Shown piece by piece: positions 1 to 12,630 of a stretch of 64,000 nucleotides of DNA. The DNA is from Camelus dromedarius. Taxonomy: Eukaryota. The stretch covers positions 17,050,001 to 17,114,000 of the forward strand of contig NC_087468.1 of the NCBI RefSeq assembly GCF_036321535.1. The letters run 5' to 3'. A model generated the notes under the pieces. It did not search any database and was not told where the DNA came from. It was given only the letters and a program-made list of their open reading frames with translations. Position 1 is the stretch's first letter. Each line of letters starts with the position of its first letter. The translations under genes and the position numbers were made by a program.

Positions 1-1329
1 TGTAAATAGAAACACTGAAAATTGTAAGTGCGTATTTGAGGAACACAGAAGAGTCCAAGTGGCTGATTCATGGAAGGAAATAAAAGGAAATAGCCACCTG
101 GTGCCTGAGAGACCTTGTTTTCCACACTCCGCATCCTCTCCCCTTTATCCTTGCCCTGCGGCCTTGGGCTGTGGCATTTAAACACGAGTTTCTTACAGGA
201 CGCCTGTTTCAGTTTTGTTTTAGTCTGGCATCTCCTGTGAGCTGTGTAGCTCTCTCGTGAAGTGACCTTGGCTAAGTGATTCATAGACTCTCTTGTCTGA
301 GGCTCAGTGGATTACATAAGGCTCATGGTGGATGGGGAAGAACAAGACAATGTGTTCCTTCCAGGATCAAAGCAGTTTTCTTGATGAAACTATTGTTCAG
401 CATTGTTTGCAGAGAAAGCAGGACGGAGGTAGACCTGTAGCCTAAAATTACACTTCATCTATGCACAAACTATTACCCCGAGCAGTCACCCATCCGACGA
501 ATGTTGAACCCCTTCTCTGTACCAGAATGTGTTTTTAGCAACAAACAGGATGGAAAAGAATAAGAGAGACAGGTGTGCCCACTGGGGACTTTACATTGCA
601 TGCATCTTAAAAAAATAACTGACTGATTATTGGATTTCAGCATGAGTTCACTAAGGTGTTATTTTTATGTAGCCTCTGTCTATAAACTCTCTAAAGCTTA
701 ACATCCTGAATTATAAAAATGGATTTAATAAGACCTGCTTAAAATGTGAGGTTTTACTGAGTTTTTTATTCACCAGAAACACAAAATATTCTTCGTGCTA
801 CAGAAGGTTATAATTAACACAAGAGTAAGTACTAGAGTAACTTATAATTAATAGCAAGATTGTTTTTTTCAGAATTTCTTATCCTGACCAGTCATGGAAA
901 TGCCATGGAAAGTATATTTTAAATTCAGAAAGGTAATTATTTTAAATAAAGGGGGAAAAAATGAAGTCCTGTGAGGTAGAATCTCATGCAGGTATGAGTC
1001 TAATACAGCACAGAGTGAGTTCTGAATTATTAATGCAAGGAGAATCCAAGTCGTATTTCACATGGTTCAGTTCTCAGCCTTAAGGCGAAGGCAGAGGGGA
1101 TAAAGATATTTAAGGAAAAAATAAGGAGGATAAATTTAGTATACTTGGAGCCTAATTAAATATGATGACTTGAGGAAGGAAGAAAATTTCAGGATGGTCG
1201 AGAGCCACCGGGCTGACGGTGGCATCACTGACCTGGGGAGAGAATAAAGGAAGAAAAAGCAGGTTGGGTGCAACAGAATAATTTCAACTCAAGCTACTTT
1301 GAGTGTTAGATCCTCCATGAATATCTATT

Positions 1330-1676
1330 TAAAAATGTCCTGAGTAGCTTGATAGGGATCGCATTGAATCTGTAGACTGCCTTGGGCAGCATGGCCATTT
1401 TAACAATATCGATTCTTCCAATCCAAGAGCGTGGGATACCTTTCCATTACTTTAAGTCATCTTTAATTTTCCTAATCAATGTTTTGTAGTTCTCTGTGTA
1501 TAAGTCTTTCGCCTCCTAACCTTTGTTCTAGTTCTGTGAAAAGTGTTCGATATTTGTAATAACCTTTAATGAAAAAATATATGAAAACGAATATGTGTGT
1601 GTAGATCCATGACTGGGACAAGGTGCTGTACACCAGAAACTGACACACTGTAACTGACTGTACTTCAATTTTTTTT
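1330..1676. mobile_element. Rearranged short L1 insertion (inverted ORF2 pieces plus sense 3' UTR), inserted in an MLT1 LTR
   Basis: 1331-1517 is antisense L1 ORF2 (reverse complement reads ...GTTAAAATGGCCATGCTGCCCAAGGCAGTCTACAGATTCAATGCGATCCCTATC...). 1522-1542 is antisense TTTTCACAGAACTAGAACAAA. ~1544-1676 is a sense camelid L1 3' end, homologous to 58133-58260. Flanked by ATATCTATT (1321-1329) and AAATCTATT (1677-1685). Confidence 0.85.
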
Positions 1677-2127
1677 AAATCTATTGTTATATGACAAATG
1701 GTCCTAAATCGTAGCAGCTTAAAACAGCAAGTGTTTGTTAACTCACGCATTCTGTGTCAGCATCCGGAATCTGGAGCATCAGGAGTCTGGAAGTGGCTTT
1801 GGAGGATGGTTTTGGCTCAGTCTCTCACCAGGTTGCAGTGCAGATCTGGGCAGGTCTGTATTCACGTCGGGTAGGAGCAGTCCCACGCTAATTCATGTGG
1901 CTATTGGCAGAAGCCGTCAGTTCCTCATGAAGACCCCTCGATCAGGCTGCTTTTTCTCTAGAGCAAATCATCCAAGAAAGAGAGAATTGAAGAGACAACA
2001 CCCTGTCTTTTCTATAACCTCCTCTCAGAAATGACCTGGTACGCTGTTGATCACAAGGCCCAACGTGATGTTCAAGGACACTGCACAAGAGTATTTCAAA
2101 ATATAGCCTCAGAAGCTACCTACCAGA
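1677..2127 (-). mobile_element. ERVL-MaLR LTR (MLT1F/G-like), its end split by the L1 insertion
   Basis: ATCTATTGTTATATGACAAAT...GCAGCTTAAAACAGCAAGTG...GGTTGCAGTG...CCTACCAGA resembles the recalled antisense MLT1 consensus. Confidence 0.7.
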
Positions 2128-3239
2128 ATTTAATTAAGAATAACCAGAAGACTGATAAATGAACAGGTGAAGCGCTGACGAAAGAGGGGCAGGGTTAGAG
2201 ATGGAGATTTGGGTATTTTTAGCATTTGGGTGGCGATTGAAGCTCTGGGAGTAAATGGGAAGTCCAAGTCAGAGACACTGTAGACCAGCCACACTCACGG
2301 GTTCATGCAAGTCCCGCTGCCCACCACGAGTGCGCTGGGTGGGCGGGGCTGGGTGGCAGCCCGTAGATGCCCAAAATCTTTACTGTAATTTTAAAAAGAC
2401 ACTTCCGGAAATTCTGTGTGACCTTATCCCACTGACATATGCTATTGCCTTTTGAGAATCACTACTACATTCACTGATTCATTTATTCAACTTTCATTGA
2501 GAACTTAGTATGTCTATATATCATGCATTGAAAAAAAATAGTGTGTAAGTAAGACTTAATACTTGTCATTATGAAAGAGAAAATCATAAATAAAATTCCT
2601 CAGATGAAGAGCATTTGGATAAACGTGGAGAAAGTAATCCCAGAAAACAAAAAAAGTGGATTCCGTAAATCGAATGACTAGAGAATTTTATGAAGAAAGA
2701 AATAGGTAATGGAATTTAGGATAAAAATTAAGTAACAGATAACAAATAAGAAACAAGGAAGAAATAAAGAATTAGCAAAAATAGACAACAAATTACTGTG
2801 ACAAATATCTTAAATGTCTGTTTATAATGGAGATGGTAAAGGACAACTATTTTTAAAATTGTCAGCAGTTGGTCATTGCATACTTGAAAGTCAGTTTGTC
2901 ATTGGTTCATTTTCCAAGATATATCGTCTTAGATAAAGCCAGACTCAGGTAGAATTTTTCAGCAAGGAGTCAAGTTTTTGTGCCCACCTTTTCCTGTTAA
3001 CAGTAAGCCTGCTGATTTTTTAAATCCCATCCACTCCTTTAGAACAAAATGCTATTACGTTTGACCCCTAGGAAAAAAAAACCTGAATACGATGCCTCTA
3101 CTGGAGAATATTGTTCCAAGAAATAACATTCTCTTAATTTAACCAGATGTGTTCGGTAGTGATGTATTATTTAGATTCATTATTTTCTTCCACGTTTTAT
3201 GCTCACCTGTCAGAAAGTCTTGCCAGCTTTACCTTCACA

Positions 3240-3425
3240 CATATTTACCACTTCTCAGCATCACCACCAGATGCACCCTGGCTTAAAAGCCTCCCTCAGC
3301 TCTCACCCGAATTATTACGGCAGTTTCTGACTCCTCCCCCTGGCTCCCTTCGAACCCCAGACAATGTTCATTATTCTCCGAAGCACAGCCAGAGGGAGCC
3401 TCGTGAAATGTTTTCAGTTAAGTCA
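3240..3425 (+). mobile_element. L2 fragment
   Basis: Degenerate match to the L2 3' region (CACAGCCAGAGGGAGCC..GAAATG). Confidence 0.45.
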
Positions 3426-3519
3426 TGGCTCTTCTTTTCCCCAAGGCTAGCCCCTATTTTTAGGGCTAGGTCTGATTTAAATTTGTTCTCTTACTCTGAG
3501 GTTTTGATTGTCTTTACAG

Positions 3520-4029
3520 TGTGAATGAAAAATATTGCCAACCATCTCAGTAAACAAAGGATGCTGTGGCCAGGAAGTCATCAGCCATTACCTTAGCATC
3601 CCGGACAGTGAGTGGAGGGAACTCAGGATGCAGACGAGCAGGCATCCTGGCCTCTGCGGCCACCCCCAGCGGTGCCCCCTGAGGGAACTCAGGGTGTGGA
3701 AGCACAGGGCGCTGGCCCTAGACAGCCAGGTGCACATCAAAGGAGGGAGTTCAGTGAGCGCAGACCTCTGCACCGTCCCACACACAGAGAAGCACCAAAT
3801 TCCTTAACTGAGCTATGTGGTTTTCTTTAATGAACAACAGTCTTTTGATGTTCTGACTACCTGGTCTTTGTTGCAAAAACTCCTGTATACCCTGGCTTCT
3901 ACCTCCCCGCTTTGGGACAGTCTCTAAGAGCGATCTGAGAGGCTGCGTCCCAGGTTCAAATTCTCAGAAAGTCCACTGGGTAAAACATAACTCTCAGTTT
4001 ACAGGCTGTGCATTGTATTTCGGTTGACA
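3520..4029 (+). mobile_element. ERV1-class solo LTR (family A, copy 1)
   Basis: TG...CA termini, exact 4-bp TSD ACAG (3516-3519 and 4030-4033), internal GAGGGAACTCAGG direct repeat, homologous along its length to 40047-40564. Confidence 0.9.
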
Positions 4030-5153
4030 ACAGTAACAATATGCTTTAGCTCCAGAGAAGGAAATTATGCTCTCTGTGTACGTAAGTGGCATGTTGACTC
4101 ACCCTTCAAAGAAGTGAACTAAATTTTACTTCCAGCAAATATAGAGACTTCCGATTTATACAAATAAGCTGTATCAGATGCATAAAACACAAGATATTGA
4201 CCTCAATTCATCATCAATACATTTTAATGTAAAAAATATAGCACCACTCTAATTTTACTTCTTAATTTCAAGTTATAGTTTCTTCCTGTCATTAGCCATG
4301 TTCATTCACACTGATGACGTTTTGATTTAATTCAAGCAGTCTTTAAAACTTTAAATAACCAATTTTTAAGTCTCTTACTAATATTTTTTTCAGGATTCAG
4401 TGCTATAAATGAGCCAGAGGCAGTAGGAATTATCGCGGCTAATACCCAAAATAAAAAATTTTGTTTAATCTCTCCCAATTAAATAATAGTGATAATTTGA
4501 TTGCTTTTCCCACTAAGAATAACAGTAATATTTTCCAGTGTCTTTAGGTCAGTATCAGCAACTTCTACTCTCAGGTTTTTGTAAAGTAGGTTTTGTGAAG
4601 TTACCCTGGTCCTCAAGTCTTGCAAGTGATCATGGCAATCTCATCATAATGCATACATTAACACTTTCATGTGAATGTTTATCACACCTTTTCCAGCATG
4701 ACATCTGAGTAGGTTTGAGCAGAAGGAAATTTATTTCAGGCCGACGGATCCTGGTTCAGAGGCAAGCCCACGCAGGAATCCCGGGTCCCAGACGGCAGTG
4801 TGAGGCCAGCCCTAACTGCTCTCTCAGCCTGTGGACCAGGTGCCCTGCTCTGTTCCTCTTCCATCTCAGCTTTCTTTTCTGATATACTGACCCTACCCCT
4901 TCTCCACTTTGAGGTCCATGTCAGTGTATCTGTACAGAAATTTATCAAGATGTCCATGGAAGTTTGGCCATATATATTTTTTTTTTTTTGGTCACCCTAC
5001 ATGTGAGCCCCACTGTCTACTCTCAGTCTTCTTGGCTCAGTCATACTGGACCTGTTCACTCTTTCTCAGATACATAGTGTATGTTTCCTAGTCCTAGCTG
5101 ACAGAGTTCTGTTTGCCCGAAATGCCTTTCCATGCCCCCCCAGAATCTTCAAT

Positions 5154-5157
<4 letters not shown>

Positions 5158-5200
<43 letters not shown>
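5158..5200 (+). repeat. (TG)21 microsatellite
   Basis: Read directly from sequence. Confidence 0.98.
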
Positions 5201-5202
<2 letters not shown>

Positions 5203-6837
5203 AAACCCGGTTTATTAATGTAAAATTCAGATGAAGCTACCTTAAATCATTCTTTGGAATGAAGGTGGATGAATCAATTAATAAAATACAGAACAATTAA
5301 AATGAGAAAAGCAAATCATCTTTTCCCGTCATCTCGATGTCTGCTGAGATGTTCACAGTGGCTGTTGATTTTAGCCTCTTATTTTTCCCCTTCTGAGTAG
5401 GTTTGTTTTTTACACAGTCGTTATGATATAGTGTAGATTTTATTTGTGCTTTCTTGTACCATTAGATTGGGTATTTTTCTGTGTTATCACCAGGACTTTG
5501 TAAACATTGTTTTATGATTTCATTTCCTCTGCTGAGTGGCTAAACCAGGTTTATTGCCATCTCCAAGCTCTAAGTGCTCTCCCACATCCCAGTAAGTTAG
5601 CATCTTCCCATGAGGAGGCTGCCTCATGCTCCCTCAGTCCTTGAAAGGGAAGTAACTGTGCCGAATTCTCTGTGCCCTGTGGTTCCTTGGCTCTAGTCTT
5701 ACTGTGAGGCAGGGCAGCAGGCAAGAGTCTGGGGGCAGCCTTCCTGTAAGATCTGGAAAACCATGGGGTTTTTCTTTTCAATTTTTGTTTTCCCCCTGAG
5801 ATAATTTTAAATTTACAAATTATCTGGGCCAGGTGAGATTTATCCCTCTTGTACAAGTATGACCATTAGTAGTGCGCCTTTCACTCTCAAATGCGTCCCC
5901 ACTTGGAAATAAAATCATGTGGTCCTCCCAAGCTAAGTTCTGTTACAGCGAGAAAGCCTGGGGAACAAAGCTTCTCTGTCCTCCCGCCCTCTTGTCTTTC
6001 AGCAGCATCCCTGGTACCCAGACTCTTTTGAAATCCCAGTGGCATAGGAACTCCGTGGGTACAATTCACGCAGGTCTGTTTGAATGGAAGTAAAGCAAGG
6101 CAGAGAGGGGTGACAAACGGAGTGGCCCAGTGGAAGCTTTGGTCACACCTCATGTTTGTTTTCTTTGTTTCAGGAAAAGAAAAAAAGAGTGTATCCATTT
6201 ATTTGTTACCTTCTGTGTTTGTTTTCCTGCTGTGCTCTCAGTAGAAGCTGCTCCTTTTCCCCAGCTGGTCTGTTACTCATCTCTGAAGTTTCCTCTGCAC
6301 TCCCACTTATGAAATTGAGAAACTGAGTCAAGATCGAGATAACAGGGTGTTCCCCCAGATGCACTTTTTTAGCTTACTTTGCTCCACTTTAAATCTGATC
6401 TCAGAATCCAGCTGCTGAATGTCATGTTGCTGCATGAAAGGAGACGTACGGTTATCCAGTCTGTACTACAGATGCCCACATCTTTTCGTGGACTTGAGTT
6501 AGGATCTGAAATATTTTGATTTATGTCCTTTTTGCTAATTTAGTTACATGTGTTCATTCAAATGTAGACTCGATATCAGCTATAGCTCCCTTCTCCCTCA
6601 GAAATACCCGTGAACTTGGCCAAAACTCCGTCTTCTCATCTTGTGTCAATCCAGGTTGTTGTCCGTATTTTCTGTACATCCCGCGATTTGCTCTCTCCTC
6701 CTCTTTACCATGTGCGTCTTGCTTTTGTGCTTAGTTCAACTGATAATAAAAAACCTTATAATAAATTAAGTATGATAATAATTTTAAAAAAAAACCTTAG
6801 GCGCAGAACTCTGCCATTTTACTGTTACAATTTTTTT

Positions 6838-7008
6838 GTTTTTTTAACATTTTTTGATTGATTTATAATCATTTTACAATGTTGTGTCAAATTCCAGTGT
6901 AGAGCACAATTTTTCAATTATACATGAACATATATATATTCATTGTCACATTCCTTTCTCTGTGAGCTACCGTAAAATCTTGTATATATTTCTCTGTGCT
7001 ATACAGTA
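6838..7008 (-). mobile_element. Young camelid L1 3'-terminal fragment (5'-truncated)
   Basis: Close match to 58732-58895 and 54313-54529. Exact 15-bp TSD TGTTACAATTTTTTT (6823-6837 and 7009-7023), with a TT/AAAA endonuclease site on the minus strand. Confidence 0.92.
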
Positions 7009-7861
7009 TGTTACAATTTTTTTAAAGACGTTTGAGAGGTGAGAACGTCACACAGCCCCTTTCCCTGTAACATATGTACCCCCATCCCGCTCCATGCTGG
7101 TTTATTCTATAGGACACAGCACTCTCTGAAATGGTACTCATCTGCTCAATTATTTTTCAGTATCTGCATCACTGTAAACTCTGAGAGCAGCCTTACTGTG
7201 TTTTGTTTACTGCTGGAGACCCTGTGCCTAGCACATGGTGAATGTGCGGTAAATGGTAGCTGGCTGAGTAGCCAACGGATTAAGTGGAAGAATGAATTAA
7301 TAACCGAGTAACAGTCCATGCATTTCAGCTCTGCTCTCTTCCCCATGGTCTTGCCATCACTTTTGAAAACTCATAGCTACACTTCTCCCTGCATCCCATC
7401 TGTGTCCCCATCCTCTCTCCCCTCACCTCTTTCTTCCTTCTCATCCTCTTCCTCATTTTTTCCCTCCTCCAAAGAAATAGCTTCTATATTCAGGTACCCT
7501 TAGAATATTACCTGCCACAAAAAGGCACTGATTTTTTTTTTCTCATTTTTTTTCCCTTAAAAAAAGTCAAGGGTGCCTCTAAATAAAAGTAACACAATTT
7601 TCTCTGTCCCGTATGCTGCGGATGTCACTGAGCATTGGTTGGAAGGCAGCTGTACTGGATGCGGAGCTGCCAGGAGACACACTGCAGACACAGCTGCTGC
7701 CCACGTGGGGTCTCAACATGGTGGGAAAGAGAGACGTGAGTCTCACGATCAGTGGTGCATCTGGATCGTTATTACGGACGGAGATTCGGGCTCTGGGGAG
7801 AAGTGGCAAGGAGCCACAAAAGCGTATTACAGTGGAACCAGAGATTGTCCACTGTGATTGA

Positions 7862-8035
7862 GTTAAAATGTCTTTACTACCCAGAGCAACCCGCAGGTTC
7901 AGCGTAATCCCTGTCAGAATTTCAACGACATTTTTCACAGAACTAGAACGACTCTGTTGGCTTAGATCAAGTGTAGAAACAGGAAAACTAATCCTAAAAT
8001 TTATACGAAACTGCAGACAAGCCCGAAGAGGCAAG
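7862..8035 (+). mobile_element. Old L1 ORF2 fragment
   Basis: ORF 7868-8068 (MSLLPRATRRFSVIPVRISTTFFTELE...LILKFIRN) matches the L1 ORF2 motif [37 protein letters not shown], with a ~12-codon insertion. Confidence 0.75.
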
Positions 8036-8999
8036 TCATGTGTTTTTACATACATTAAAAATGTATAATTTTATTTTCTAATCACAGTCTCTAAAAAATA
8101 GCTAGATTCTCCCATGAATGTGTATTTCTGGGGCAGCTCGTCGTTAGGCCCGCAGGTAGCAGTGCCGGCCGCGCTGCCGCTCCTGCTCTGAGGCGGGAGC
8201 TGGAGCCCTGTCTCCCCGGGGCTGCAGCCTGTCTGTCTTCTGACGGGGACGGCACCGAGGTTTCCCTGTGGCTCGGGCCTTTGTCTGATGTGGGTGCGGG
8301 GTTACTCTGGTCTCCGGAAACTAGTTGGGAAGAATTTTCACTCAGTTGAACAGTTGGCGTAATAGAGGAATTCCCTCTTCCTAGAAATGTGCGGCGCGTT
8401 ATCAGTAGAGTCATCTGGGAATTGTTTTCTTCCTACGTGAACTCACGTTCTTTAGATGCTCGTGTGGTAACAATGGACGTTCTGGAAAACTCTCCCATGT
8501 GAATTACCAAGCACTGTTCTTTTGTTTGTTTTAATGTTCATCTCATCTGTGTATTCAAAAGAGGTTTGTTTTTTTAAGTTACATGCTTTTCATGCTCTTT
8601 TTTCTTCTCTCTTCTAACTATACGTGAGCTTTATAATAACAGTCATTAGAGTTGTTCTCTTTTCTCTGCTCAAGGCCAGCAGCTTTTCTGTCTAGTCATT
8701 TAAAAATACATGTTCGCAGCTAGTTTTTTCTCTCTATTCTATAAATGCTTTTTAAAATTAATGTCTGCCAGTGTCTATAGTTCCTTCTATTTCTTTTTTC
8801 ATTTTTATTGCTTTTCTTTTTTCCCAAGGTTTTTAGTTGAACGATTAGGTCAATAACACTTAAAACAAAATTCTCTCAAAGAGAATGTTTTGTTATGTAG
8901 TATTTTCATTTTTTTAGAAATCAAAAATTAATGTTTCATTTCCTAAATCTTACTTTCATACACTGAATAAAATGGCCTAAAGTAACATATACACACTAA

Positions 9000-9059
9000 C
9001 GCGCGCGCACACGCGCACACACACACACACATACACACACACACACATACACACACACA

Positions 9060-9091
<32 letters not shown>
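9000..9091 (+). repeat. Compound (CG)n(CA)n microsatellite with TA interruptions
   Basis: Read directly from sequence; alternating purine-pyrimidine tract of ~90 bp. Confidence 0.97.
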
Positions 9092-10074
9092 GGAAACCCA
9101 AAGGGCTTTGTCTTCTGGGTCATTCTTACATCCTTGTTCTTTGTTTCTTACTGAATTGTCTTCTCAGTAAGGGCCACTCTCCCTCAGCCGGAGCCACCTC
9201 TCTGCTCCAGAATCCACTGTATTACATTAAAGATCGTATCCACAGAGACACTTCTCATTCACACGTTAAATAGTAATTTAGTGCGTGTTTGTCTATAAAC
9301 GTGTGTGTCTATATGTGGGCCCTAAACATTTTAAACAGGCTTTGATAAATATTATATGAAATTGAAAGATTTCGTATTATTTATATATAATATGTATATA
9401 TATGTGTGAGTAACGCTCCACATTCTTTATCTTGTATACGTATATATCCATATATATGATAAAAAATATACATACACACACACATTAAAAGCCTGTACTG
9501 GGTCAAAGAACAGGCATCCAAATTTTGAAAATAAGTCTGGGAGGATATGATTAATTGGATAAAATCAAGAGAAAGAGAGACGGAGACACAGCATAAACTT
9601 GATCACAAAACCCCAAGATACTGGAATTATTTTTAAATTAGCTCCAGTTAATTGGATATTTTAAACATTGAAAAGCAAAATGAGAGCACTTGCTAACCCC
9701 ATGAGGCTGAAAAGCCAGGAAGAAAAATATCTTCCAAAAAGACTTAGACAAAATTATACATGAAAAAGTTTCAGTAAGTTTTCATCTGAAAGCACTTTAT
9801 CTCTCCTTTGCTGTTCACCAGACAGCTTCCTAAAACACGTGACTCCTTTACAGCGCTAGGTATTTATGTCAAAGATTGTAAGGGTCTGTTTTCATTGAAC
9901 CCTTTCCCAGAAGCTTAGGATTATCAAATGAGCATCAAATAACTTCGATCATTGCAAAATTAATCATTCATTAGGTAATAATTTGATTAATTGGAAATTA
10001 ATTTGCTCATTGGTTGGCTATTTCAAAAACGGCTGTGGACGTAAGGGAACAGACCTGAGGTAATGGAAGCATGC

Positions 10075-10250
10075 AGTGTGCTGGTCAGAAGACGGGCTTT
10101 GGGGTCGGACTGCGTTTAACCCTGGCTGTACAGCTTACACGCTGTGATGGACATCAAGATTGAGGATAGTTCTTAACTTCTCTGAGCTCAGTTTCCTCGT
10201 CTTTAAAATTGGGTGATAAGACTGCCTTTCATATATTTATTGCTTAGCAC
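10075..10250 (+). mobile_element. MIR SINE
   Basis: GGGCTTTGGGGTCGGAC...CTTAACTTCTCTGAGCTCAGTTTCCTCGTCTTTAAAATTGGGTGATAA is the MIR core. Confidence 0.75.
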
Positions 10251-11130
10251 AGTCATATTATGTGCCCAGTAATATTACCATCCCTGGAAGCTGGCCTTTT
10301 TGACTGAAGCTTTTTACATCCCTCTAGATCGCTTTCTCTGTTGGCTAAATACCAAGTCGAAAGGAAGAAGATCCTGGTTGTGGTCTCTATTTAATTGGAT
10401 TCTGGAACATAAAATTCACAGATACACTCACAAAGTTGTTCTCACGACAGTGTTGTTTTAACCTTCCTTCACCTACATTCTACACTAAATATATACGGAG
10501 GGTAATCAATAAACTTATTCTATTATACATCACTGTGCATAGATAGTTATTATGGCAAAACAGTTGGGGAAGGAGGGTGATCAGTGTTGTAATGCACAGC
10601 GTGGTAGGCAGACCATCTCAGTCCTTCCATACATACGTAATTACTTTGCTTCCAGAACCTGCTGGACTCCTGAGAGAGAAACCCGAATTATAATAAGAAT
10701 TAGCCAACATAATCAACACGGTTGGTTGAATTAGATCTGGGGACCTGGTTAGCTATGCTCTGCTCCTGGTATCAATTCCAATGTTCTTCTCTTTCTGACT
10801 CACTTTGCGCCTTCCAGCTTTTTATTTCAACTCTACACTTCAGTCCCAAATGATGTTATACATCTGGTCAACATCTGCAAGTATGTCTTAGGATAAAGGC
10901 TCACATCCTCCTCGTGAGCTGCATCTCCTTTCGTCCACCCCTCCTTGGTCTCTCTGCTCTGGTTTCTTACCGCTCCTCCCTTTGCTCGTCCGTCCACACT
11001 GGCCTCCATGCTGAGTCGTGAATATTTTCTCCCAGTGCAAAGAATTGTTGTTGCCATTTTTTAAAATCTGTAACATTTTTGATCCAAATCTCCACGTGGC
11101 TCAATCACAGTTACAGAGATGATTTTATCT

Positions 11131-11564
11131 TGTCGTATCAAATAATGCCCCTCCCCAAAGTATCCACATTTTAGTTCCCAAAATCCGTGTGTGTTACCTA
11201 ACATGACAAAGACTTTGCAGAGTCATCAGGCTAAAGGTTTATAATGGAAAGAGTGTTCTGGCTTATCCAGGAGAGCCCAGTGTAAAGCTATGGGCACTTA
11301 GAAGAGAAAGGCCAGTGGGATGAACTGGAGGAGAAGCAATGTGATGGTAAAGCAGGAGGAGAAAATGCCGTGAGATACGGAGCGAGTGCAGATGAGTGCG
11401 GAGGGCTGCTGCTCGCTGGGGCAGTTAGTGGGATGAATCGTCCCCCAGAGCCCCCAGAGAGCAGCTGCCAGCACCCATTTTAGAATTTCTGTCCTCCAAA
11501 TGGAGATAAAGTAAACGTACAAACTTGTGCCAGTTTGTTACAGCAGCAGGAGAACGTGAACACA
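11131..11564 (+). mobile_element. ERVL-MaLR LTR (MLT1D-like)
   Basis: AATAATGCCCCCTCCCCAAAGTATCCAC...GTTACCTAACATGACAAAGACTTTGCAGA and the terminal TTTGTTACAGCAGCAGGAGAAC match the recalled MLT1C/D consensus. Confidence 0.8.
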
Positions 11565-11769
11565 GCAGGTTCTCCCGGGTGGACCGTCTGTTCCTGGCTA
11601 GACTTGCTCCTGCTCACGTCCTGGCATCGGTTTCTGCCCAGGCTGCTCTGGCAGTTTAGTCCTGAACTGTTCCGCTCTTCCTGTCCACCAATTCTGCTTT
11701 GCAAAGTATGGCGAGAACTCCCTCAACTGTTTTTTCTCCCCTGAACTTTGACAGAGCTAAAAATATACA

Positions 11770-12400
11770 GGATAAACAAGGAACAAGAATATTTGGACTA
11801 AGCACGAACCACATGCCAGGTATCGGGGTACAGAAAAAAAAATGTGGTCCGTCTGCAGGGGTCACATGATCAGAGGGGTGGTATACAAGTTGAATTAAAA
11901 TTCTCATCAATTATAATCAATGAGCAAAGGTATTTGTTTACCTTTTGCTAAAATACTGAGTTTAGGATGCAGATGTTTAAACTGGGTAATTTGTCATTTC
12001 TTCAGAAAATGTTTATAAATGACCCAACTATGTAGCAGTCATTGTAAGCGCTGGAAATGTAGACGTGAGCTCAGCCTGCGCCGTCAGTGCCCTTATGTAC
12101 AGAACTGAGTGACCTAGGGGACTAGCAGAGGCTTGTGAAGACAGGAAGACCGACGTTCACAGTTGGTTCAGAGGATAAAACAAAAGAATGTGCACACTGG
12201 CTGTGATGAAATGCAGGTGATCTGGGACGTCTGGGTCACAGGAGCGTGTCGGGAAGGATCAGGACATAAAGAAGATCAGTGGAGGCCTCAGATTGACAGT
12301 ATTCCAAAAGGTGTAGAATTTTTTATGAAGAAACATTGGGTTCATCAAATAATTTAAACAGAAGGGTAATATGATCATGTGTGCAGTTGGGAAAGATAGT
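11770..12400 (-). mobile_element. L2 fragments
   Basis: Degenerate antisense L2 3' motifs (ACATGCCAGGTATCGGGGTACAG; AGAAGGGTAATATGATCATGTGTGC). Confidence 0.45.
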
Positions 12401-12566
12401 TCTGTAAGAAATATGGTAGATGGGAAGAGGACAGGACCATAGCAGGGCTGCCTGATTTGAATTCTATTACAACCTTAAAGAGAGATTGTAAGATCCTTTG
12501 AAAGTAGACATAGCGGTGAGAATAGAGTAGCTGAATGGCTGTGAAAAGTAAGGTTCCAGATCTCTG

Positions 12567-12567
<1 letters not shown>

Positions 12568-12629
<62 letters not shown>
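12568..12629 (+). repeat. (CA)31 perfect microsatellite
   Basis: Read directly from sequence. Confidence 0.98.
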
Positions 12630-12630
<1 letters not shown>

